From IMG/VR virus record IMGVR_UViG_3300005758_000087, positions 1 through 64,000 of that record: a stretch of DNA of 64,000 nucleotides; one strand, 5' to 3'. The stretch is from a virus (taxonomy: Duplodnaviria > Caudoviricetes). How positions within the stretch are numbered: the stretch's first letter is position 1; each line of letters opens with the position of its first letter. A program made the translations under genes and the position numbers. Shown here piece after piece: positions 8,851-19,622 of the stretch. The notes under the pieces are model-generated. The model was not told the origin of the DNA. It saw only the letters and a list, made by a program, of their open reading frames with translations, and did not search any database.

Positions 8851-11098
8851 TTTCGTCTACCTTTGCGGTTAATTTTTGTTGCACATCAAACACAATTTGA
8901 TCATTTTCAATTCGCGTTCCTATTGTTGCGTTTTTAATTTTTTCAAACAAGATTTTTTTACTCAAAGGAACTCTTATCAATTCATCAATCTTTCTAGCCA
9001 ATGGCCTAGCTCCCATTTTCTTATCATACCCGTGCTCTGCTAGATATTCAATTACTGGTTCGGTAAGATTTAGCGTGATATCGTGGGTATTCTTTAATGA
9101 GTCCTTCAAGTCTTCGGTAAACTTGATAACAATCTTTTTGATAGCCAAAAGGTCTAATTTATTAAATTTGCAGATTAAATCAATGCGATTTCTGAATTCT
9201 GGTTTAAAGAATTCTTTAAGAGCTTTATCATCTTCACCCGTACGCTCCTGCACTCCGAAACCAATATTATTTCTTTCATTGTCGGCACTGCCTAAATTAC
9301 TAGTCATGATAATGATGCAATTTTTCGCATTTACTTCCTTACCGTTGGTTCCAGTAACTTTACCGTCGTCCAACAGTTGTAGAAAAATATTAAAAATATC
9401 CGGATGTGCCTTTTCTACTTCATCGAATAACAAAATACTGTGTGGATTTTTGCTAAGATCATTGATTAATTTACCACCACCTAAACTACCCTCACCGTAA
9501 CCCACATATCCGGGCGGAGCACCCAATAGTGAACTCACGTTAAACTTTTCTGAATATTCACTCATGTCATATTTCAACAAGGGCATGTCTAGATTTTTGC
9601 TGAGCAAACGTGCTAATTCGGTTTTTCCTGTACCGGTTGGACCTAAAAACAAGAAACTCGCCATTGGTTTCGTTTGTGTTCCGATACCGGCGAAACTTAC
9701 GTAAACTCTTTCTAGAACTTTATTAACCGTATCTTCTTGACCATATAATTTATTCTTAATGTTAAGATCCAGCTTTTCAATACGCTCGTAATTGTCGTTG
9801 CTGAGTTTATCCGCACTTACCCCTGCCATACGTTCTACTTGCTCATAGATTAAGTCTTTAGTAATCAACGCTCCCTTATTTTCAAGAACACGTTGCTTCG
9901 CACATGCAGCATCCAGCAAATCGATTGATTTATCTGGGTTTTTTCTATCATGAATGTATCTAGTGGCGCTATCTACTGCCGCAACAATCGATTCATCCGT
10001 AATTTCTACTTCGTGGAAATCATTTAGACGCTGGCTCAACCCTTTAAGAATTTTAATTGTACTATCGTGACTGGGCTCATCGATACCCACACGATAGAAT
10101 CGACGCATTAATGCACGATCCTTTTCAAACGATTCATAAAATTCTTCCCAAGTGGTACTTGCGATAACCTTTAGTGTACCTTTGGTTATAGCAGGCTTAA
10201 TCATGTTAGCAAAATCTACTGAACCATTATTAGACGAACCCGCACCCTTCATAGTGTGTGCTTCATCAATAAAAAGAATAGCTTTCTTTTTAGAATTCAA
10301 AGCTTCAATAATAGCTTTGATTTTTTCTTCAAAATCACCGCGATATTTGCTACCTGCCAATAAACTGCCTATTTCTACACTGTATACTTCATGATCCAAT
10401 AGAAATTCCGGCACGTGACCGTCTACAATAAGTTGTGCTAAGCCCTCTGCAATCGCAGTTTTACCAACACCCGGATCACCTACCATTAATACGTTAGACT
10501 TAAATCGTTTTGCCAATACATTAATAATGTCGTTTAATTCAGTGCTTCTACCGATTAGTGGTTCTATCTTATTATTTCGAGCCAATTCAGTGAGATTAAC
10601 AGTATACTCTTCTAAAATTTCATTTGCCTGACTGTCAGTCAGTTTATTAGGCATATCACTGTTTTTATAATGCTTCTGCCAATAGGGCACAAATTCATTT
10701 TTGGTTAGACCATATTTCATTAAGAAATAATGTGCGTGACTATTGGTTTCACTAACAATACTTAAGTAAAGGTCTATTGTAGTGACTGACTTACGCCCAG
10801 TAAAAAGAACTTGAGTAACACTTCTATTCATTACTCTTTCTAATGAATTAGTCTTTTTGGGGTTAATATCTTGTCCCAAATTTTCTTTAACAACGATGGC
10901 ATGTAAATTGTCAACATAATGCGTTAACTCTTTAACCATAGTTTCAGTATCTGCACCAAAATTTTCAGCACACCGTTTAAAAGGAGTGTGTGACATTAAA
11001 GCCAACAATAGATGCTCAATAGTGCAGTATTCGTGACTACGATTTTTAGCAAATACTACGGCTTGTTCGATAATGGCTTCAATTTCTGGACTATTCAT
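8819..11098 (-). CDS. clpA: ClpA-type AAA+ unfoldase
   Basis: Clp N-domain (EHLLLAL); Walker A GDPGVGKT and GPTGTGKT; FIDEAH and LFDEVEKAH; no ClpB middle domain; IGF ClpP-docking loop (NNIGFG). Confidence 0.9.
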   Translation of the reverse strand: MNSPEIEAIIEQAVVFAKNRSHEYCTIEHLLLALMSHTPFKRCAENFGADTETMVKELTHYVDNLHAIVVKENLGQDINPKKTNSLERVMNRSVTQVLFTGRKSVTTIDLYLSIVSETNSHAHYFLMKYGLTKNEFVPYWQKHYKNSDMPNKLTDSQANEILEEYTVNLTELARNNKIEPLIGRSTELNDIINVLAKRFKSNVLMVGDPGVGKTAIAEGLAQLIVDGHVPEFLLDHEVYSVEIGSLLAGSKYRGDFEEKIKAIIEALNSKKKAILFIDEAHTMKGAGSSNNGSVDFANMIKPAITKGTLKVIASTTWEEFYESFEKDRALMRRFYRVGIDEPSHDSTIKILKGLSQRLNDFHEVEITDESIVAAVDSATRYIHDRKNPDKSIDLLDAACAKQRVLENKGALITKDLIYEQVERMAGVSADKLSNDNYERIEKLDLNIKNKLYGQEDTVNKVLERVYVSFAGIGTQTKPMASFLFLGPTGTGKTELARLLSKNLDMPLLKYDMSEYSEKFNVSSLLGAPPGYVGYGEGSLGGGKLINDLSKNPHSILLFDEVEKAHPDIFNIFLQLLDDGKVTGTNGKEVNAKNCIIIMTSNLGSADNERNNIGFGVQERTGEDDKALKEFFKPEFRNRIDLICKFNKLDLLAIKKIVIKFTEDLKDSLKNTHDITLNLTEPVIEYLAEHGYDKKMGARPLARKIDELIRVPLSKKILFEKIKNATIGTRIENDQIVFDVQQKLTAKVDENGIIQVNTDI

Positions 11099-11912
11099 TG
11101 GATTCCTTTGTTTTTAAAATTGCGTTAATGATACTATCATCAATTGTATCAGATATGTATGGCTTAAGTAAAATGTATTGGTCGCCAAAGTCATTTTGTA
11201 TGGGCAACCCTTCTTTAGGTACACGAAGTTTGGCGCCCGGTTGAGTTTTGGGAGGCACTTTCACTTCTAATATTTTTCCAGAAATAGAATTAAATTTAAA
11301 GGTTGATCCCACAACTAAATCGAAAATATCTATCTCATGAATAGAATATAAATGCGGGCCTTCTCTTTCAAATCTTTGATGAGGATGAATTCTAAATTCT
11401 ATTAATAGTATTGCATCTTTAATCAAATTATCATAGCGCAAAGTAGCACCATTTTCTACACCTTTGGGTATTGAAATTCTTACCGTTTTGGGACCATGTT
11501 GATCATTAAATTGTAAAGTTTTCTCCGCGCCTTGATATGCTTCTTCTAATGTCACAAAAACGGTAGTTCTATAGCTGGGAGTATGGGGTCGCTGTGGTCC
11601 CCTAGCAGTGTGTCCGAACATTTGTCCAAAAATATCGTCAATGTTCATTCCTCCCATACTAAAGCTAAATCCCCCAGGAAAACCGTGCATATTAAAACCA
11701 CTATGCATTCCTTGTGCGAAGGGATTTGGGTTGTCGTACTGTTGTTTTTTTTCTGGGTCGCTTAGAATTTCGTAAGCTTGTTGAATTTTTTGAAATTCCG
11801 CAGTGTCACCACCCTTATCCGGGTGGTGAATTGCTGCTAATTTTCTGTATGCTTTTTTTATTTCGTCCGTAGTAGCATTTTTAGCTACTCCTAAAGTTTG
11901 ATAATGATCCAT
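11091..11912 (-). CDS. dnaJ: DnaJ/CbpA-like co-chaperone
   Basis: J-domain with HPD motif ([17 protein letters not shown]), G/F-rich linker, C-terminal domain; no Zn finger. Confidence 0.9.
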   Translation of the reverse strand: MDHYQTLGVAKNATTDEIKKAYRKLAAIHHPDKGGDTAEFQKIQQAYEILSDPEKKQQYDNPNPFAQGMHSGFNMHGFPGGFSFSMGGMNIDDIFGQMFGHTARGPQRPHTPSYRTTVFVTLEEAYQGAEKTLQFNDQHGPKTVRISIPKGVENGATLRYDNLIKDAILLIEFRIHPHQRFEREGPHLYSIHEIDIFDLVVGSTFKFNSISGKILEVKVPPKTQPGAKLRVPKEGLPIQNDFGDQYILLKPYISDTIDDSIINAILKTKESNE

Positions 11913-11917
11913 AATTG

Positions 11918-11946
11918 ATTATAACAAAAAAGATTGTAGTAATCAA
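11918..11946 (-). promoter_or_regulatory. Sigma70-type promoter for dnaJ-clpA
   Basis: TTGATT-17-TATAAT with extended -10 TG. Confidence 0.7.
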
Positions 11947-11957
11947 TATTTATGGTA

Positions 11958-12464
11958 TTATGCCGAACCGTTCACCTTTTCTTTTGTTCGACCATATGCT
12001 GCGATACCTAATACTGCACCCATAGCAATATGATACAGGCCGGCGCCTTGAAGCGTTAGTGGTTGCCATTGACTGGTAACTTGACCTCCTTGTAGAGTTT
12101 GTAATATACTCCATAGAATAGGAGCCACTATAAAGTCAAAAGTACAAGTAACCATGTATATCCAACCCATAGCAGGACGCCATTTTTTATTAATCCAATC
12201 TGTGTTATCATTCTTAACAAAATCTGCACCTTGTGCAGCGTTATCCCCTGCCTGTGTTAATACAGGTTGTGTCATAGTACTTCCCCCATTGTTAGACAGT
12301 GCATATGTATTTACGTTGTTAGACGCTGCTAAATTTGACCCAAAAGTACTTCCCACAGGGAATTCATTTACAGATGGATCATTCGCTAGTTTTTCATGAT
12401 TTTCGTCTGTTGTAGCGAATGGATTAGCTCCGTTTGCCTTTTTAGCTAAAAGTGTAGTTCCCAT
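11958..12464 (-). CDS. Membrane protein, 3TM-holin-like
   Basis: NKKWRPAMGWIY followed by hydrophobic helices and GIAAYGRTKEK; resembles the 3TM holin family from memory. Confidence 0.45.
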   Translation of the reverse strand: MGTTLLAKKANGANPFATTDENHEKLANDPSVNEFPVGSTFGSNLAASNNVNTYALSNNGGSTMTQPVLTQAGDNAAQGADFVKNDNTDWINKKWRPAMGWIYMVTCTFDFIVAPILWSILQTLQGGQVTSQWQPLTLQGAGLYHIAMGAVLGIAAYGRTKEKVNGSA

Positions 12465-13004
12465 TTATAACCCCGCTTTACTTAAATATTCTTTTAATTT
12501 GCTGTCTGAATTTTTAAAAATCTTTTTTGGTTCTATGCCAGACAACTCTCTTATACTGTTCAATCCCGATTCTTTTTGCTTTTTATATTCTGAAGGACTT
12601 AGTATAATCACTCGTTTTAATTGTTCAACTTCACAATCATAGCTTTCATCATTGACTTCTACGGTCCATTCTTTTAAGGGCAAATCAGTCAACGTTTCTA
12701 AATCTTTTATTAACTCACAGATTCTTGATGGTACTGTACTTCTTCTGTTCATTTCTACAAAAACTAAGAACTTACCTGGACTTATTTCACCGTCGCTAAC
12801 TTGTGCATCCAACACAAAATCGTAACCTCTTTCAAACCAATCAGTTAAATCTTCTCCGGCTTGCTTTCCTTTAACTACAAATGCAACAGTAACTACGTCT
12901 TCATCGCTGCCCATTTTAGCGGAGTATTCATCTACGGTAATTAAGGGTAAGATTTGTCCAACCAAATCGTGATAGTCTAGCCCTTCATTTAGAATTTTTT
13001 TCAT
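12465..13004 (-). CDS. Conserved hypothetical phage protein
   Basis: 179-aa ORF starting MKKILNEG. Confidence 0.6.
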   Translation of the reverse strand: MKKILNEGLDYHDLVGQILPLITVDEYSAKMGSDEDVVTVAFVVKGKQAGEDLTDWFERGYDFVLDAQVSDGEISPGKFLVFVEMNRRSTVPSRICELIKDLETLTDLPLKEWTVEVNDESYDCEVEQLKRVIILSPSEYKKQKESGLNSIRELSGIEPKKIFKNSDSKLKEYLSKAGL

Positions 13005-13585
13005 TATATGTTACCTAAAGCGTTGGGAGCGTTCATATCTTCTTTTTGCTCATCTGAAGTTTGATTTTCTTGCTTATCTAAATCATCGTCATATGCAGAG
13101 TCTAACTCTGCTAAATCAATCGTTTGTCCTGCAAGATCAATACTTCCCTCACGTATATCATTCATCAATTCTTTTGGCATTTGAATTTTAACTAACCAAA
13201 CTTCTCGTTCCGTCATTTTAGGATAATGTGTACCTAATTTATAATCACCGGGATCTTTTATTTCTACCGGAACTTTAATTTTAGTTTTCTTAAATTTTAC
13301 ATTACACCCGACGGTTAATAATCGTTTAGCTCCCCTGGGGTCCGGCATTAACTTAGCTGGATACATAAACATACAAGCAACAGTATACCTTTTAACTTCA
13401 GGACCATCTACTAATTCACCTAATTCCCAGTTTTTATACGCATATAAGTCTGATTCATCCAAAACTCTTTCAAAGTCTAATATGGTATTCATCGATCCGT
13501 CACTGGTATATATTCCCTTTATCGTATCTATGATACTAAAAAAGTCAATATTTTTAAAAAAATCGTCTGCTCTAAATTTACTCAT
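13004..13585 (-). CDS. Conserved hypothetical phage protein
   Basis: 193-aa ORF; GATAAATA at 13593-13600 upstream. Confidence 0.6.
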   Translation of the reverse strand: MSKFRADDFFKNIDFFSIIDTIKGIYTSDGSMNTILDFERVLDESDLYAYKNWELGELVDGPEVKRYTVACMFMYPAKLMPDPRGAKRLLTVGCNVKFKKTKIKVPVEIKDPGDYKLGTHYPKMTEREVWLVKIQMPKELMNDIREGSIDLAGQTIDLAELDSAYDDDLDKQENQTSDEQKEDMNAPNALGNI

Positions 13586-13592
13586 AGTCTAG

Positions 13593-13656
13593 TATTTATC
13601 TTTTTATTGTTTTTGCAGAAACGTTTAGAAAAGCTACTCGGAGCCTAATATTTATC
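13593..13656 (-). promoter_or_regulatory. Two putative late promoters GATAAATA
   Basis: TATTTATC on the + strand at 13593-13600 and 13649-13656, in the divergent intergenic region. Confidence 0.55.
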
Positions 13657-13759
13657 AAAATACTTCCTGCAAAAAGTGCTCTATTATACTGAATAAGTCA
13701 CGCTTTAAATATCTTTGAATTAGTAATTTAATTCGGCTCTACACAAAGGAGAATTTAAC

Positions 13760-14542
13760 TTGAGCAAACGAAAAACTGGCGCATTGCGCAAAACAGAACA
13801 AGACACACGTTATGCACACTTATCAAAACATGATACACAGACCTTTTATATAAAAGAAAATAAAACAATAAATTTTGATAATCCCAAATCAAAAGTTAAC
13901 AATAAACCCATTCAATTGATTCCAAAATCAGTCAACCAAGAAAAATATATCTTAGCCTTATTAAATGAAGAAATAGACATAGTAGTTAGTTCAGGTCCTG
14001 CTGGTACCGGAAAAACATATTTGGCTATGCAAGCTGCTATAAAGGCAATGAAATCCGGTGAGGTAGACCGTATTATTTTAACGAGGCCAGCGGTAGGAGT
14101 CGAAGATGAAAAACATGGTTTTTTACCGGGTGACATAAATCAAAAAATGGAACCATGGACTAGACCATTACTTGATGTGTTGAGAGAATATTATTCAGCC
14201 CGTGATATTGCCCACATGCTAGAAGAACAAATAGTCGAAATTGCACCCCTAGCATTCTGTCGAGGTCGAAATTTTAAAAATAGCTATATAATATTAGACG
14301 AAGCACAAAATGCCACTCCCAGCCAATTAAAAATGATAATGACTAGGATAGGTAAAGGTAGTAAAATTGTTATCACAGGAGATGTAGAGCAAGCCGATAG
14401 AAAAACCAACGATAATGGTTTATTAGACCTACAACAAAAATTATTGAAAAATTCAGTACCGGGTTTAGAGATATGTAATTTTGAACTTAGGGACGTTCAA
14501 CGTCATCAAATAATAGAACATATCATTAAATTATACTCATGA
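13760..14542 (+). CDS. phoH: PhoH-family ATPase
   Basis: GPAGTGKT, LTRPAV, GFLPGD, RGRNF, IILDEAQN and TGDVEQAD motifs; TTG start after a GGAG RBS. Confidence 0.93.
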   Translation: MSKRKTGALRKTEQDTRYAHLSKHDTQTFYIKENKTINFDNPKSKVNNKPIQLIPKSVNQEKYILALLNEEIDIVVSSGPAGTGKTYLAMQAAIKAMKSGEVDRIILTRPAVGVEDEKHGFLPGDINQKMEPWTRPLLDVLREYYSARDIAHMLEEQIVEIAPLAFCRGRNFKNSYIILDEAQNATPSQLKMIMTRIGKGSKIVITGDVEQADRKTNDNGLLDLQQKLLKNSVPGLEICNFELRDVQRHQIIEHIIKLYS

Positions 14543-14568
14543 AAAAAGGGTGCTTAAGCACCCTTTTT
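14542..14568. terminator. Bidirectional intrinsic terminator
   Basis: AAAAAAGGGTGC-TTAA-GCACCCTTTTT between convergent genes. Confidence 0.85.
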
Positions 14569-14571
14569 CAT

Positions 14572-14826
14572 TTATTCGATTGATGTTTGCTTTTCCAACC
14601 TATCAATTACATCCGGATAAACTTTATAATAATAGTCTCGCAACTGTTCCCAGTTTTGACTAACAATTTTTCCTTCAATAAAACATCTTTCTACTTTTTT
14701 GTCTTTAAAATCCATAACAACGTTGCACATTTGCATGTCTTTGGGTTTGATGTTTTTAGTAATTTCTACCTGTTCATCTATTTGCCCGTTTGGTTTTCTT
14801 ACATATGTAATAAGCATATATCTCAT
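14572..14826 (-). CDS. Hypothetical protein
   Basis: 84-aa ORF at the end of the operon. Confidence 0.6.
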   Translation of the reverse strand: MRYMLITYVRKPNGQIDEQVEITKNIKPKDMQMCNVVMDFKDKKVERCFIEGKIVSQNWEQLRDYYYKVYPDVIDRLEKQTSIE

Positions 14827-14834
14827 TTTATTTC

Positions 14835-15758
14835 CTAACTAGTTAATTCTATAAGCGTAGCCGCTAGATTTATTTCCGGAATCCCAACAAAACTTAAATT
14901 AGCTAAACCATTTCGTATAATGATAATACTGGCGTCACGTTTTTCAATGGTATCGCCCCATAACTCTAAGTTATTATACATCCATCTGTACACATCTTCT
15001 ATTCTACTGGGATAGAAACTTAAGTATTGCATTAATGTTTGTCTACCTTCATAGACCTTACCCTGTTTGAATAGTTTAGTGGCCTGTAGTAAAAGTTCGT
15101 CTTCAGTGCTGGTTTGATTATTCGGAGCAATCAACTCACCTGAACTACTATTTACTTGAAGCTGATTTAGACATTTTCTTAAATCTGGGTACGTAGCGTT
15201 AACATACAAATCTAAAGTTTCTAAATCAAAATTTATACCCTCGGTAAGTAATACTTTAGCGGCCCGGGCAGTAAATTCTGTTTTATCTGTTTTAGTTATA
15301 TGAAATTCATGACACCTGCTTTTCAAAGCAGGAATTATCCTATGTTGGTAATTACAAGTAAGAATAAATCGAGCCGTAGCATGATAGGCTTCCATATCAT
15401 TACGTAGCGCGGCTTGCCCCGCAGGAGTAAGATAATCTGCTTCGTCTAATAATACAACTTTGAATTTTCCAAAAGGCATCGTTTGCACGAAACCAACAAT
15501 TCGCTGTCTTACTACATCTACACTATTTTCACGACTAGCATTGATTTCTAGGACATCATATTCATTGATTCCTAATTCATTAATCAATATTTTGGCTAGC
15601 GTTGTCTTACCTGTCCCCGGATCCCCACTTAGTAACAAATGCGGGATACTTTCATTTTTAATCCAACCCTCAACTTGATCACGCTGATTGGAATCTACAA
15701 AAACATAGTCATTTACTGTTGAGGGCCTGTATTTTTCTACCCATAACTGATTTTTCAT
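14835..15758 (-). CDS. gp44: Sliding-clamp loader subunit (RFC / T4 gp44-like)
   Basis: LWVEKYRP, GDPGTGKT, LEINAS, LLDEAD, FILTCNY, ALKSRC. Confidence 0.9.
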   Translation of the reverse strand: MKNQLWVEKYRPSTVNDYVFVDSNQRDQVEGWIKNESIPHLLLSGDPGTGKTTLAKILINELGINEYDVLEINASRENSVDVVRQRIVGFVQTMPFGKFKVVLLDEADYLTPAGQAALRNDMEAYHATARFILTCNYQHRIIPALKSRCHEFHITKTDKTEFTARAAKVLLTEGINFDLETLDLYVNATYPDLRKCLNQLQVNSSSGELIAPNNQTSTEDELLLQATKLFKQGKVYEGRQTLMQYLSFYPSRIEDVYRWMYNNLELWGDTIEKRDASIIIIRNGLANLSFVGIPEINLAATLIELTS

Positions 15759-16435
15759 TCTTTACGATCACCAAAAAGTTGAAGGATACTTAGGAAAATA
15801 TTAATAAAATCAAGATACAAGGTCAATGCTCCGATTATTTCTGCATTTCCACTATTCTCTACACTTATCATTTCTCGTATTTTTTGCGTATCATACGCAG
15901 TAAGACCCAAAAATACTATGATTGCTAGCGCAGAAATAACCATTGCAGCTACACTATTTCCTACAAATATATTGATTATACTAGCAATTACTATAGCAAT
16001 CAACCCCACAAACATAAATTTGCCTAAACTATCCAAACTGGTTTTTGTGAAATATCCATAAAAACTCATAGTTGCAAATAATACTGCTGCACCCATAAAA
16101 GCACTTACAATACTACCGATCGTATAAACAATAAAAATTGTAGCAAAGCTTAGTCCCATTAGTGCAGCGAATCCATGTAACATAAGTATTGCTATTTCTT
16201 TGGGTGGATTGCTGTTCATAGCGATAGTGATAGCAAAAATTGCCACCAGTGGTGCAAAAATAACGATATATTTTACTATCCCAGTAAACAAAAATGTCAT
16301 TAACGCAGGAGATGAACTAACTAGAAAACTAGTAACCATAGAAGTTAGTACGGCTAAAAACATCTGTGTGTATACTCTAGCCATGGCTGAGTTAATTTCT
16401 GTTGCCGATTTATAAACAGTTTCAGTATAAAACAT
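15755..16435 (-). CDS. Bax inhibitor-1 / YccA family membrane protein
   Basis: Seven hydrophobic helices; YDTQ and LYLDFINIFL signature. Confidence 0.85.
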   Translation of the reverse strand: MFYTETVYKSATEINSAMARVYTQMFLAVLTSMVTSFLVSSSPALMTFLFTGIVKYIVIFAPLVAIFAITIAMNSNPPKEIAILMLHGFAALMGLSFATIFIVYTIGSIVSAFMGAAVLFATMSFYGYFTKTSLDSLGKFMFVGLIAIVIASIINIFVGNSVAAMVISALAIIVFLGLTAYDTQKIREMISVENSGNAEIIGALTLYLDFINIFLSILQLFGDRKE

Positions 16436-16446
16436 AGTATTTCTCC

Positions 16447-16725
16447 TTATTGTTTTAGTAACTCATAAGTAATGATTTGAGTAAGACTTTCTCCCAAATC
16501 TTTATCGCTAGGTACAATGTGTAATATTACCTCGTGCATGTCGATTTTCGCATTAAAATTTCGTATTTCAACGGCGTATCCTCCCACACCATTGTATATT
16601 GTAAAATTCATTCCCCTACTGCATAGTTCATTAGACCTTACCAGTTGAGATGTGTGCGAGTCTCTTAAGTTTACTCCGTACACTTTCTCGATTTTTTTTC
16701 TAAACCAATTGTCAAACCATTTCAT
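16447..16725 (-). CDS. Hypothetical protein
   Basis: 92-aa ORF in the operon. Confidence 0.55.
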   Translation of the reverse strand: MKWFDNWFRKKIEKVYGVNLRDSHTSQLVRSNELCSRGMNFTIYNGVGGYAVEIRNFNAKIDMHEVILHIVPSDKDLGESLTQIITYELLKQ

Positions 16726-17094
16726 TTAAAGTCCCTTATCACTAATAGTTTCGTCATCCATTGGATGATCACTTACTAATAGTATATCATTAGGATCAAC
16801 TCTACGCAAAGTTTGTTTTCCCTCTTCATCTTCTATAGTTATCCCGCGAGTCCAACGACCGTGTGCTATTAAAATGTATTGACCTTCTTTTAATTCACCG
16901 GTATAATTATGACCTAATTTGTATATTTTTGCCCATCGAGGTCTAATTCCATTACTTTTCATATCATCATTAAGTAACACAATACCTCCCCTAGTGATTC
17001 GTTCATCGAATCTCATTCCGGTTACTAATATATGATCATTAATGGGAATTAATTGATTTTTGTTAACTTTGTGTGGTTCGTATGCAAATTTCAC
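16726..17094 (-). CDS. groES: Co-chaperonin GroES-like protein
   Basis: PINDHILV, mobile loop ERITRGGIVL, C-terminal DILLV. Confidence 0.75.
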   Translation of the reverse strand: MKFAYEPHKVNKNQLIPINDHILVTGMRFDERITRGGIVLLNDDMKSNGIRPRWAKIYKLGHNYTGELKEGQYILIAHGRWTRGITIEDEEGKQTLRRVDPNDILLVSDHPMDDETISDKGL

Positions 17095-17402
17095 TTTATA
17101 ATATCCTCATCGTCATCAAAAAACTCTTTTTCTTCTTGAGAGAGTTCTGGTTCTTTAAGTTTATTATCCGGAACAATGGGGCTGGGACTGGTTTGAGCCT
17201 TTGCCGGTTTTTGCTCTGAAACTATTTTTTGATAACTGCTTTTTACTCGTTTGGTGTTGTCTTGAATCACTCTATTATGACTGTCAACAATGTCACCTCT
17301 GGCGTTAACATTCATGTTACCCACTGCTCTTACTTTTTCATTCTTTGCGGCTAATTGAGCCATGTCTACTATTTTGCCCTGCGCTGTTCTATACCCTGGC
17401 AT
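17091..17402 (-). CDS. Hypothetical protein
   Basis: 103-aa ORF (MARGDIVD-like segment), coupled to groES. Confidence 0.55.
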   Translation of the reverse strand: MPGYRTAQGKIVDMAQLAAKNEKVRAVGNMNVNARGDIVDSHNRVIQDNTKRVKSSYQKIVSEQKPAKAQTSPSPIVPDNKLKEPELSQEEKEFFDDDEDIIK

Positions 17403-17411
17403 ATTATTCTC

Positions 17412-17918
17412 CTATTTCAAAAATTCGTCTATTGAAAGACCGTAATGCAGACTATTTATTCTGTGAATCCCTAACAAATACAGAACATAGCTACTAACAC
17501 TGCTTCCCCTTCCTACTCCCCAAACAATATTATTCTTACGCATTTCATCTACCAAATATTTACAAAAACATAAAAGAGGAAAAAGACCTCTTTCTTGAAA
17601 AAGTAATAATTCTTCTCCCACTCTTTGTAACTCGTAATCTTCTGTACATAAATCTAGTACATATTTGGCTATGTCTAAATTTTTATATTCGTCGGGCATA
17701 AACCATTTACTTTGATTGGATAAATCAAACTCTTCTTTGGATATGTCTAATGGAACATATTTTGTAAATTCGGGAACATTTGCTATTTCTAAATCCGCTG
17801 GAATAGAAATATCAGTTTCTGTTATTGCTTTTTTTATTATTTGATCAGGGTTACTAAGATACAACTCGCACAAATCATCTTCGGTTAAGAGTTGTTGTCC
17901 AAAAAAATCAGATTTCAT
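17412..17918 (-). CDS. dnaE: DNA polymerase III alpha-like fragment 1 (pre-catalytic part of the palm)
   Basis: EELLLF...WGVGRGSSVSSYVLYLLGIHRINS..L..DEFLK matches DnaE [30 protein letters not shown]. Confidence 0.75.
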   Translation of the reverse strand: MKSDFFGQQLLTEDDLCELYLSNPDQIIKKAITETDISIPADLEIANVPEFTKYVPLDISKEEFDLSNQSKWFMPDEYKNLDIAKYVLDLCTEDYELQRVGEELLLFQERGLFPLLCFCKYLVDEMRKNNIVWGVGRGSSVSSYVLYLLGIHRINSLHYGLSIDEFLK

Positions 17919-17956
17919 CTGTCAATGATGACATATTTTTTTGTTAAAGTCAAATG

Positions 17957-18556
17957 TTATTTTTCCGTTTTGTTTTCAAAACTAACAAACACTATTTCAC
18001 TGGGAGCCAAAGATTCTTTTTTGTCTACCCATCCCAATAACAAATCGTCCCATGTGATTGGTGTTTTTTTGAGAGTTACTACTTTTTTTGATTTATCTAA
18101 ATGATTTGATATTTTGGGCGAAGGATCGTTCCACCAACCTTTAAATTTAAAGGGCCCCACGTTTTCTTCATTGCTGTGTAAGCAGCTTACTCCGTCACTC
18201 ATTTTGGATGTTATTGCAATGTCATCCGGAATTAGTCTACCCTCAGTAATAGAATCTATTTTAACTAATAGCATGATTCCTATGATTTGATCGTAGGGTT
18301 CTTCAGGAATTAAACAAAGCTTTAAATTAGCCTGAGTTAATTTTTCTATTGCTTCTTTATTTTTTTCATTAATGAAAATGTGATGTTCTAGAGTATGAAT
18401 AAAATATTTTACTCTATCCATAGCAATATTTTGTTCTGTTATATCTTCGCTTTCAACTGAAAATTGAACATTTACATCATAAATGTTCATATATAATTCA
18501 TTTTCAAAATGAACACCTGCTACAAATTGAAAGTCACGAGTAATTCTTGCCGTCAT
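17957..18556 (-). CDS. Hypothetical protein, possibly a degenerate T-fold (QueD-like)
   Basis: ITRDFQFVAG...LEHHIFIN loosely parallels QueD KDFTFEAAH...LDHHYLN. Confidence 0.35.
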   Translation of the reverse strand: MTARITRDFQFVAGVHFENELYMNIYDVNVQFSVESEDITEQNIAMDRVKYFIHTLEHHIFINEKNKEAIEKLTQANLKLCLIPEEPYDQIIGIMLLVKIDSITEGRLIPDDIAITSKMSDGVSCLHSNEENVGPFKFKGWWNDPSPKISNHLDKSKKVVTLKKTPITWDDLLLGWVDKKESLAPSEIVFVSFENKTEK

Positions 18557-18789
18557 TTAGTATCTTTAGAAATGTTTATTTTGGTTTGTAAATTTTGTTT
18601 TTTGTACATTTCGTCGATTCGTTTATTATATTCAGACTTATAGCTTTCTAACGCCATACGTATCTGATTCGTCATGGTACTATTTTGTGCCCTATGTACA
18701 AAATTTAATTTTTTAGTAAGATCGTTTATGGTATTTTGCAACTCGTCAATATTTTTATTAGACAAGTCTGTAATAAAGGGATGCTGCAT
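18553..18789 (-). CDS. Hypothetical coiled-coil protein
   Basis: 78-aa ORF with heptad pattern. Confidence 0.55.
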   Translation of the reverse strand: MQHPFITDLSNKNIDELQNTINDLTKKLNFVHRAQNSTMTNQIRMALESYKSEYNKRIDEMYKKQNLQTKINISKDTK

Positions 18790-18790
18790 A

Positions 18791-19600
18791 TTATACCGCC
18801 GTCAACGCTATCTTACCCCAAATATTTGTAGTTCCATTATATGTACCCACGCATACATATAGGTAACTTCCATCTGTACATATAAGTCCTGGTGCATCGC
18901 CCTGAAGTCCTACTGCTGAAGGTTGTCTAATTGGTATTTGCGAGGCTTTTTGATTTCTATTTGTGGGCATTACATCCACTATAGTGCCGCAATCCAAAGT
19001 AGTAAAAGTCAAATCAATGTACTTAACTCTATTGGGGAAACTTATTTGATTCGTGTATGTAACATTGGCTATTACATTAGCATCACTTACGTTAGAATAA
19101 TAATTTTCCAATAATCGCATACTAGCGCCCATTCCAGTAATTAAATTTCCACTAGAATTGATAGTTGTGTTGGGGAAGGTAAGGTATGCATTAGCATTTG
19201 CTACATACAATCGTAATTCTAAGTTACTCTGTGTTCCTGAGGGAGCCCAGCCACCAAAAGTTATTGAAGTATTTTGTGTTATAGTGCCATATTGTACATC
19301 TGCTTTTGTAACATCAATCAAGACAGAACTTGATAAATTATCACCTAAATTATATGTTTTTGCTCTAAATCCTTGCACACTAGCATTACTAATTAAAGTA
19401 TTAGCCATGTCATTGTTTAATACACTACCGTCTATTGCTGTTTTTACTAAAGCTTTATTTTGCAAATCAGAAATTTCCGCTGCTGCGGTATTTAAATTGT
19501 TTTTTATACTTGCAAAGTTATCTCTAAATCCCTGAGTGGTATTATTAACACCCGGTATAGGGTAGTTGGTATCGATTGAATTTGTGTTTATTGCGCTCAT
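18791..19600 (-). CDS. Putative tail/baseplate-associated structural protein
   Basis: N/T-rich; N-terminal YP..G.NN.TQGFRDNF..IK..L anchor-like segment; lies in the tail module. Confidence 0.5.
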   Translation of the reverse strand: MSAINTNSIDTNYPIPGVNNTTQGFRDNFASIKNNLNTAAAEISDLQNKALVKTAIDGSVLNNDMANTLISNASVQGFRAKTYNLGDNLSSSVLIDVTKADVQYGTITQNTSITFGGWAPSGTQSNLELRLYVANANAYLTFPNTTINSSGNLITGMGASMRLLENYYSNVSDANVIANVTYTNQISFPNRVKYIDLTFTTLDCGTIVDVMPTNRNQKASQIPIRQPSAVGLQGDAPGLICTDGSYLYVCVGTYNGTTNIWGKIALTAV

Positions 19601-19622
19601 AATATAGTATCCGTACTGTTAT

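Noticed and set aside
17412-17918. Pseudogene reading of the dnaE fragments
   Set aside because: Both pieces have clean starts and stops at a domain-motif boundary, retain key motifs and sit within operons; a functional split is more parsimonious, though unproven.
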